Below are positions 57,239 to 64,000 of a stretch of 64,000 bases of DNA, in pieces. Location: NCBI GenBank assembly GCA_965250285.1, contig OZ252299.1:2208001-2272000 (forward strand), in the 5' to 3' direction. Within the stretch, counting starts at the first letter, position 1. Each line of letters opens with the position of its first letter. Origin of the DNA: Myxococcota bacterium (GTDB lineage Bacteria > Myxococcota_A > UBA9160 > UBA4427). The position numbers and the translations under genes are program-made. The notes beneath the pieces were generated by a model. The model saw nothing but the letters and a program-made list of their open reading frames with translations, searched no databases and was not told the DNA's origin.

Positions 57239-59479
57239 ATGAAGTGGCTCGCAGCGCTCGGTGCAGTGGCGTTGTGCGCGGTCATCGGCTTCGCTGCGTG
57301 TGGGGGCGGGGACCTGCCGCCGGGCGAGATCGCGGGCGACAAGCGCGATGCAGCGCTCGACGGCCAACGTGCCCGAGGCCAGGCCGAGGCGCGCGAGGCC
57401 ATGGGTGAGCCCGGTGGTCAGATCCTCTTCGGAGATCTGCACGTCCATACGCAGTACTCGATCGATGCCTATCTCTACGCCCTTCCGATCTTCTCGACCG
57501 GCGACGGCGGCCACCCACCCGCCGACGCCTGCGACTACGCGCGCCACTGCTCGGCCCTCGACTTCTTCTCGCTGAACGACCACGCCGAGGGCATCACGCC
57601 CGAGCGCTGGCAGGCGACCATCGAGAGCCTGCGCGAGTGCGACGCGCGCGCCGGCGACCCAGACGACCCCGACATCGTCCCCTTCCTCGGCTGGGAGTGG
57701 ACGCAGGTCGGCACGACCCCGGAGACGCATTTCGGCCACAAGAACGTGGTGCTGCGCGGCCTCGAAGACGACGCGATCACGGCGCGCCCGATCGCATATC
57801 GACCCGCCGAGGACATGGACCGCGCCCCGAATCCCCTCGCGCTGCGGACGGGCGAGGCGCTCGCTCGGCTGGCGGGCCAGCCCTACGCCGACTTCCTGTG
57901 GTGGCTCGGCCGGCTGCTCGCGATGCCGGCCTGTTCGACGGACACACCCAGCCCCGACCTCCCGACCGACTGCCTCGAGAGCGCCACGACCCCGGCCGAT
58001 CTCTTTCGCAAGCTCGACGAGTGGGGTGTCGACAGCCTGGTGATCCCGCACGGCCTCGCCTGGGGGATTCACGCGCCACCGGGTGCGCGCCTCGACGTGC
58101 AGCTCGAGCCCGGGCAGCACGACGGTTCGCGTCAGACGCTGCTCGAGGTGTTCTCGGGCCATGGCAACAGCGAGGTGTACCGCGAAGCGCTGCGTCGAAC
58201 CGATGCGGGGTCGGGGGACGAGGTCTGTCCCGCGCCGACCGCAGACGTGCTGCCGTGCTGTTGGCAAGCGGGTGAGCTCATGCGCGCGCGCTGCGGTGAC
58301 CTGCCAGCCGACCAGTGCGAAGCGAAGGTCGAGGCGGCACGTCGCAACGCCTTGGCCGCCGGGACCAAGCCCTATGGCGTCGTCCCCGACGCGGGCGTCG
58401 AGGAGTGGCTCGACTGCGACCAGTGCCGGGACTGCTTCAAGCCGGCCTACACGCTGCGCCCGGCGATGACGGCCCAGTACGCCCTCGCCATCGAGCAGGA
58501 GCCCGAAGACGGCGGCGAAGTCGGCACCGACCCACGCTTTCGCTTCGGCTTCATCGCATCGAGCGACACCCACAGCGCCCGCGCCGGCACCGGCTTCAAG
58601 CAGGTGCGTCGACTCGAGTCGACCGACTCGCGCGGCCTCGCCGACACCGCGCTCGTGCGGCGCATCGCCGGCGTCGACGCGCCGCCGCCGCCGATCGACG
58701 AACGCCCCGCCGTCGTCCGGCCCAACCCGCGCAGCTTCGATGCGCTCTTCGATACCGAACGCACCTCGAGCTTTCTCTACCCCGGTGGCCTCGTCGCCGT
58801 CCACGCTGACGGTCGTAGCCGGGACGCCATCTGGCGGGCACTCGAGCGTCGCCACGTCTACGGCACGAGCGGCCCCCGAATCCTGCTCTGGTTCGACCTG
58901 GTCGACGAGCGCGGCGCCCGCACGCCGATGGGTGGCAGCGCCGTGCGCAATGCACCCCCGACCTTCGAGGTGAAGGCAGTCGGTGCGTTCGAGCAGCGTC
59001 CCGGCTGCCCTGACCGGGCCGGTGCGGGGCTGAGCCGGGCCGCGCTCGAGGCGCTCTGCTACGGCGAGTGTGATCATCCCGGCGACGTGCGCATCCCGAT
59101 CGAGGCGATCGAGATCGTGCGCATCCGGCCACAGACCGCCTCGGGCGAGCCGCTTCAGGATCGCATCGAGGACCCCTGGAGACGCTTCGAGTGCGAGCCG
59201 GACCCGGCCGGGTGCCGCGTTCGCTTTCGTGACGACGCGTTCGCATCGGCCGGGGGCGACGTGGTGTACTACGCGCGCGCGCTCCAGCGACCGACTCCCG
59301 CCATCAACGGTGCCGGCGCGCGCGTGCGCTTCGACGACGCAGGCCGCGCCGTCTCCGCACGGCCCTGCCTGGCTGGCATCGGGGGCGACGCCGGCGACGA
59401 TTGTCTTGCACCCGTTTCGGAGCGCGCCTGGTCATCTCCGATCTTCGTCGATCGGATGCGGGGAGACGGGCGCCCCTGA
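57239..59479 (+). CDS. DUF3604 (PHP-like metallo-domain) protein, likely lipoprotein
   Basis: Lipobox-like FAAC; FGDLHVHTQYSID, LNDHAE, GWEWT, IPH, SSDTH, YGTSGPRI, YYARALQ, ERAWSSPI. Confidence 0.85.
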   Translation: MKWLAALGAVALCAVIGFAACGGGDLPPGEIAGDKRDAALDGQRARGQAEAREAMGEPGGQILFGDLHVHTQYSIDAYLYALPIFSTGDGGHPPADACDYARHCSALDFFSLNDHAEGITPERWQATIESLRECDARAGDPDDPDIVPFLGWEWTQVGTTPETHFGHKNVVLRGLEDDAITARPIAYRPAEDMDRAPNPLALRTGEALARLAGQPYADFLWWLGRLLAMPACSTDTPSPDLPTDCLESATTPADLFRKLDEWGVDSLVIPHGLAWGIHAPPGARLDVQLEPGQHDGSRQTLLEVFSGHGNSEVYREALRRTDAGSGDEVCPAPTADVLPCCWQAGELMRARCGDLPADQCEAKVEAARRNALAAGTKPYGVVPDAGVEEWLDCDQCRDCFKPAYTLRPAMTAQYALAIEQEPEDGGEVGTDPRFRFGFIASSDTHSARAGTGFKQVRRLESTDSRGLADTALVRRIAGVDAPPPPIDERPAVVRPNPRSFDALFDTERTSSFLYPGGLVAVHADGRSRDAIWRALERRHVYGTSGPRILLWFDLVDERGARTPMGGSAVRNAPPTFEVKAVGAFEQRPGCPDRAGAGLSRAALEALCYGECDHPGDVRIPIEAIEIVRIRPQTASGEPLQDRIEDPWRRFECEPDPAGCRVRFRDDAFASAGGDVVYYARALQRPTPAINGAGARVRFDDAGRAVSARPCLAGIGGDAGDDCLAPVSERAWSSPIFVDRMRGDGRP

Positions 59480-59605
59480 TCGCGAGGCACCGGCCGTTCG
59501 CGCGTGTGCGGGTGTCTTCCGCCTCGGCACCGCGCACGATCGTGCACAGCCCTGTGCTACACCGCGGTTCGATGCGGGCCTGCCCCGCCTTCGGAGGATT
59601 CGCCC

Positions 59606-60151
59606 GTGCCTTCGCCCCGCCCGCGACTGAACCGGCTCTTCTCGACTTCGGCCCGCGCCACGCTGGCGATTGGTCTGCTCGTCGCTGCGATCGGGGTCGG
59701 ATGCGCCGGCCGTCTGTCCGGGGTCGTCGACTTCGATGCGGACACCGACTTCGACTCGAAGCGCACGCTCGCCTTCTACGAAGATGCGTTCCCCCTCGAA
59801 CGCAAGCAGACCGAGACACGCCAGCTGATTCGCGCGGCCATCGAGCAGAACCTGCGCAGCCGCGGCTACGGCTTCGGCCGCGCCGGCGAAGCCGATCTCT
59901 TGATCGTCTACCACGTGGGCAACCGCGCCAAGGTCCACTTCGGCGGCACAATGACGTCGGGCGAGCGCGAAGCGAGCCTGTCCATCGCCTTTCAGGATCC
60001 CGTCACCCGTCGCAGCGTTTGGTACGGCACGGTCGAGCAGACCTGGAGCGGCGAGGCCGACGTCGCTGAGCGCGTCGACACGGCGGTCACGACCCTGCTC
60101 GCGAACTTCCCGCCCGAAGGCGACGGCGGCGAGGTGCGCATCCGCGAGTAG
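59606..60151 (+). CDS. DUF4136-like lipoprotein
   Basis: GGAGGA RBS, lipobox GVGC, DFDADTDF, IEQNLRSRGY, ADLLIVY, VWYG, LANFPP. Confidence 0.78.
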   Translation: MPSPRPRLNRLFSTSARATLAIGLLVAAIGVGCAGRLSGVVDFDADTDFDSKRTLAFYEDAFPLERKQTETRQLIRAAIEQNLRSRGYGFGRAGEADLLIVYHVGNRAKVHFGGTMTSGEREASLSIAFQDPVTRRSVWYGTVEQTWSGEADVAERVDTAVTTLLANFPPEGDGGEVRIRE

Positions 60152-60332
60152 TGTGCGGCAGCTGCGTCTCGACGTGTAAGCGCTTGATTTCGATTCGGAA
60201 TACGCGCAAGTGACACCGCGACGCCCAATCGGCGCAACACGCTGCGCTCTGTCGAACCACTCACCCCAGTCGAGTCGATCCGCGGCTCGCTCGAGCCGCC
60301 GGGCGCGGGTGCCCACGCAGGGAGAGACCAAC

Positions 60333-60893
60333 GTGATTCGAACGACCATCGTGTGCGTCGCGGCGACCCTCGCCGTGGCCGGCCTCGCCGTCGCGCAGGC
60401 GACCATCGAGCCGGCACCGCTGACCGGATTCCACTTCGTCGGCTTCTCGACCGGCACCGTGCTCGGCGACGCCGGCGTGCAGGGCATGAAGGCCCAGTGT
60501 CAGGCCGACTGGCCTTCGAGCCGCATGTGTTCGTCGCAGGAGATCACCGACGGGATCTGGACGAACGGCGAGACCAGCCTCGAGCAGGCCTGGGTGCGCG
60601 CGTCGGCGCAGCCGGGGGGCTTCACGGGTCTCACCGACGTCAGCGGCTTGCAGGAAGTCGCCAACGACATGACCTGCGCTGGCTGGGAGCGAGCCGACGA
60701 GTTCACGTGGGGCCTCACCGTCGACAATCAGGGCACGTTCCGCACGCGCCCGTGTGACGTCGCCCGCCCGGTCGCGTGCTGCCAGTACGGCACCCTCGTC
60801 CCCGAGCCCGACCAGACCTCGATGTGGGCGGCCGGCATCGTGCTCCTCGGTGCGCTTCGACGCCACCGCGACGGCGCCCGGCGCGAAGGCTGA
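60333..60893 (+). CDS. Secreted Cys-rich PEP-CTERM protein (DUF1554/endostatin-like domain)
   Basis: Signal peptide; CQADW..SRMC, TCAGW, CDVARPVACC; C-terminal VPEP + TM + RRHR. Confidence 0.78.
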   Translation: MIRTTIVCVAATLAVAGLAVAQATIEPAPLTGFHFVGFSTGTVLGDAGVQGMKAQCQADWPSSRMCSSQEITDGIWTNGETSLEQAWVRASAQPGGFTGLTDVSGLQEVANDMTCAGWERADEFTWGLTVDNQGTFRTRPCDVARPVACCQYGTLVPEPDQTSMWAAGIVLLGALRRHRDGARREG

Positions 60894-61178
60894 TCCAGGC
60901 GCGACGCGTGCGGCCGGAGCATGCGCCCGGCCCCGGCACGAGACGAGAAGGGGCGAAGCGAATCGGCATCGCAAGCCCCAGCGAGCGCACCCACGGCACC
61001 CGAGGTCACGGGAAGCGCCAACTTGTGTCGGATGGACGCATCCCCGTCGTGCGATCTTGTGTCGGATGAGCGCTTTCGACCGCGTGGCTGCACCGCGGCA
61101 CGAGCGGCGCGACTAGACTCGCGCGCTCGACGTCCAACCCCTGCACGAGCAGAGCCGAACTGCGAACGGAGCCGCCCC

Positions 61179-62186
61179 ATGGCCGAATCGACGAATCGAC
61201 GCGTGATCCTCAAGGCGCGTCCGAAGAGTCTCCCGACCGATGAGCACTTCGAGCTGGTCGAAGAGCCGCTCGGCCCTCTGGCCGACGATCACGCGCGCGT
61301 GCATGTCGAAGCGATCTCGATCGACCCGGCCATGCGGGCGTGGGTCGACGAAGAGAACTACCTCGCCCCCCTCGCCCTGGGAGAGACGATGCGGGGCCTC
61401 GCCGTGGGCAAGGTCGTCGAGAGCAAGACCGACCGGCTTGCCCCAGGCGACTGGGTGCAGGGGCCGCTCGGCGTGCAGACGTACACCGACCTGCCGCCCT
61501 TTCTGCTCAAGCGCATCGATCCCGACGAGAAGGTGTCGCCCTCGGCCTGGGTCGGCGCACTCGGCCTGACGGCCGGCTTCACCGCCTATTTCGGCCTACT
61601 CGAGTGCGGGCCCTTCGAGCCGGGCGAAACGGTGGTGATGTCGGCCGCCGCGGGTGCCGTCGGCTCGATCGCCGGGCAGATCGCGCGCATCAAGGGCGCC
61701 CGGGTGATCGGCATCGCAGGCGGCCCCGAGAAGTGCGAGTACGTCACGAACGAGCTCGGCTTCGACGCCTGTATCGACTACAAGAATCAGGACGTGCACG
61801 CCGAGATGCGTCGTCTATGCCCCGACGGTATCGACGTCTACTTCGACAACGTGGGCGGACAGATGCTCGACGACGCACTGGACAACCTCGCTCAGGGTGC
61901 GCGGGTCGTGCTCTGCGGCGCCATCACCCAGTACAACCAGCGCGACGACATCCATGGCCCCAAGATGTACCTGCGGATCGCCGAGCGAAACGCGCGCATG
62001 GAGGGCTTCACGGCCGACCGCTTCGGCCCCCGTTTCGCCGAGGCCGAGGCCGAGCTGCGGGGCTGGGTCTCGTCAGGCGAGCTGGTGGTGCGAGAGCACG
62101 TGGTCGACGGCATCGAACACTTCGTCGATACGCTGCGCCTGCTCTTCGTCGGCAACCACATCGGCAAGGTCTTGCTCGCCCCCTGA
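61179..62186 (+). CDS. NADP-dependent alkenal/enone reductase (PTGR/CurA-like MDR)
   Basis: ISIDPAMRAW, TAYFGL, SAAAGAVGS, GIAGGPEK, YFDNVGG, LCGAITQYN. Confidence 0.92.
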   Translation: MAESTNRRVILKARPKSLPTDEHFELVEEPLGPLADDHARVHVEAISIDPAMRAWVDEENYLAPLALGETMRGLAVGKVVESKTDRLAPGDWVQGPLGVQTYTDLPPFLLKRIDPDEKVSPSAWVGALGLTAGFTAYFGLLECGPFEPGETVVMSAAAGAVGSIAGQIARIKGARVIGIAGGPEKCEYVTNELGFDACIDYKNQDVHAEMRRLCPDGIDVYFDNVGGQMLDDALDNLAQGARVVLCGAITQYNQRDDIHGPKMYLRIAERNARMEGFTADRFGPRFAEAEAELRGWVSSGELVVREHVVDGIEHFVDTLRLLFVGNHIGKVLLAP

Positions 62187-62253
62187 TCGCGTCGCCGGCC
62201 GAGCCGGCGCGACCATCCATGGCGCGAGACGCCCGACACCGCTGGAGATCCAG

Positions 62254-63021
62254 ATGACCGCAGACGAACTCTTCGACCTCTCCGATGACGTCGCCGTCGT
62301 GACCGGCGCGGGGCGCGGCATCGGCGAGGGCATCGCTCACGTGCTGGCGTCGGCCGGCGCGGCCGTCGTCCTCGCCGCTCGGCGCGGCGACGAGGTCGAG
62401 CGCGTCGCCGAAGACATTCGAAAACAGGGCGGACGCGCGCTGGCCTGCCCCACCGACGTCACCGACGACGCGGCGGTCGAGGCGCTCGCCCGCGCTGCCA
62501 TCGACACCTTCGGCCGACTGAGCATCTGGGTCAACAACGCGGGCGGATCCCCCGTGCAGGGCAAGCTCGCCGAGATCTCTCGCGCCGACTGGGACGCCGC
62601 GATCGGCCTGAACCTGACGTCGGTCTGGTCGTGCATCAAGATCGCCAGCCAGCACATGGAGACCGGCAGCATCATCAACATCTCTTCGCTCGCCGCCCAT
62701 GGCGCCGCGCCTGGCAGCGGACACTACGGGGCTGCGAAGGCCGGCATGAACTCGCTCACGCAGACCTACGGCCGCGAGCTTGCGCCCAAGATCCGCGTGA
62801 ACGGCATCTCGCCGGGTGCGATCCCCACCGAGATCATGATGCAGGCGACCGGACTCACCGAAGACACGGTGCACCATCTCGTGAAGGGCGCGCGCATCGC
62901 GATGGGTCGGCTCGGAACACCCGAGGACATCGGGGCCGCGACGCTCTTTCTGGCCGCGAAGGCTTCGAGCTGGATCACCGGTCAGACGCTCGTCGTGACC
63001 GGCGACATGCCGATGGGCTAG
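62254..63021 (+). CDS. Short-chain dehydrogenase/reductase
   Basis: TGAGRGIG, VNNAGG, YGAAK, WITGQ. Confidence 0.92.
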   Translation: MTADELFDLSDDVAVVTGAGRGIGEGIAHVLASAGAAVVLAARRGDEVERVAEDIRKQGGRALACPTDVTDDAAVEALARAAIDTFGRLSIWVNNAGGSPVQGKLAEISRADWDAAIGLNLTSVWSCIKIASQHMETGSIINISSLAAHGAAPGSGHYGAAKAGMNSLTQTYGRELAPKIRVNGISPGAIPTEIMMQATGLTEDTVHHLVKGARIAMGRLGTPEDIGAATLFLAAKASSWITGQTLVVTGDMPMG

Positions 63022-63037
63022 CGGCCCACGTCGGCGA

Positions 63038-63613
63038 TCACGCTCTCCGGGACCGGTGCAGCTCGGGGTCGACGCGCGCAGCCATGGCTTCGACGTCGAG
63101 CGCTCGATCGACGAAGCGCGCGATCTCGGTCGCGGCCACCCGCGGATCCCGCAGCAGACGGCGATGCGGAATCGGCTGCCAACGCACGTTCGGCTGTGCC
63201 GCCAGCCAGTGCCGCGCGTCGTCGAGCTGACGGCGCATGGCATCGATCAAGCGCGCATCGCCCTCCACGTCTCGCTCGCCCTCGGTGCGTTCGAGCATCG
63301 CGCGCTGCGAAGCGGCGACCTCGCCCAGATCGCGCTCGATCATCAACACGTCGTACCTGTGGCGCGGAGGCAGCTTCGGCAGCAGCGCGTGGATCACCTT
63401 GACCGCTCGCCCGGGCGCGCGGTCGACCCATGCATCGTCGCGGGCCGTCGCCTTCACCGCCTCGAGCTCGTAGTAGCCGCGCGGATTGCTCGCATCGGCG
63501 GGACGATGATCGTCGACGAGCACCGGGATACCGCCCGCCTCGAGCATGCTCATGACCAGAGATGTGCCCGAACGCGGCAGCCCCGACACGACGACGATCG
63601 ATGCGTCGCTCAC
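63038..63613 (-). CDS. Sulfotransferase-like P-loop protein
   Basis: VVSGLPRSGTS (PAPS-binding), NPRGYYE, ERDLGEVAASQ. Confidence 0.8.
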   Translation of the reverse strand: MSDASIVVVSGLPRSGTSLVMSMLEAGGIPVLVDDHRPADASNPRGYYELEAVKATARDDAWVDRAPGRAVKVIHALLPKLPPRHRYDVLMIERDLGEVAASQRAMLERTEGERDVEGDARLIDAMRRQLDDARHWLAAQPNVRWQPIPHRRLLRDPRVAATEIARFVDRALDVEAMAARVDPELHRSRRA

Positions 63614-63812
63614 GAGGGTGACTCGCGCCCGGCGTGCGGGGCTGCACGCGACGCGTCCCTACGATTCCGTTCGGATTGCACGGCTTCGAGTCTCGACGCG
63701 AAGGACCCCGAAGAACGTCGGGACGATCGAGAACGGCCTTCGCATCGCATTCGCAAACGGATAAGATGCCGAGCCGTCCCTGTCCACCCCGCGCCCCAAC
63801 CCACAGAGGCCC

Positions 63813-64000
63813 ATGCAGCGTCGCGGCCCCCTGCCCCCTCGTCGCACCGCGGTCATCGTGCTCATCGCGTGGCTCGCATTCGCCGCGAGTGCGGGCGTCG
63901 CGCGCGCCGAATGCAGCACCGCCGGCCTGCCGGACGGGCGGCTCGTCGCCGAATTGCAGACGTCGCTCGGCGAGATCTGTATCGAGCTGCTCGACGCCTA
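63813..64000 (+). CDS. Exported cyclophilin-type peptidyl-prolyl isomerase, N-terminus (truncated by window end)
   Basis: MQRRG...signal peptide...LVAELQTSLGEICIELLDA resembles the first strands of cyclophilin. Confidence 0.55.
   Translation, partial: MQRRGPLPPRRTAVIVLIAWLAFAASAGVARAECSTAGLPDGRLVAELQTSLGEICIELLDA

Noticed and set aside
60152..60332. Sigma54 promoter upstream of the PEP-CTERM gene
   Set aside because: The best candidate has 11 nt between GG and GC instead of 10, and poor flanks
1..64000. tRNA, rRNA, integrase, transposase or prophage genes
   Set aside because: None recognisable by eye; a tRNAscan/Rfam/ISfinder run would be needed to exclude them fully

Overview
Gene-dense, very GC-rich DNA from a diderm bacterium (TonB receptor, TolC, autotransporter and PEP-CTERM genes). 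The gene mix suggests a Myxococcota-like lineage, but this is inference. Most of the window is acyl-CoA, lipid and aromatic catabolism: four family III CoA-transferases, two acyl-CoA ligases, crotonases, SDRs, LLM oxidoreductases, hot-dog proteins, amidohydrolases, a sphingosine-1-phosphate-lyase-like PLP enzyme, a PhlG-like hydrolase and TauD. Five features stand out. (1) A hidden UGA-recoded selenoprotein (U-G-S-C-x-x-C, 53701-54240) with a SECIS-like hairpin 11 nt after the UGA, downstream of a CxxC thioredoxin-fusion partner. (2) An apparently undescribed regulator: a ligand-less ETHE1/glyoxalase-II-like MBL domain fused to two tandem LexA-like HTH repeats, with twin near-palindromic sites upstream. 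(3) A DevB-DevC-DevC-DevA exporter clustered with an FGGY kinase, a CdsA-family enzyme, a CDP-alcohol phosphotransferase and TolC, a candidate lipid synthesis/export system. (4) A bufferin-type MNIO (DUF692) RiPP operon with an ECF-type promoter and three 35-nt-periodic hairpins in its leader. (5) A YkuK/DUF458 RNase-H-like gene behind an attenuator-like leader. No rRNA, tRNA, CRISPR array or mobile element was recognised. All family calls come from motif recognition by eye, not from database searches.
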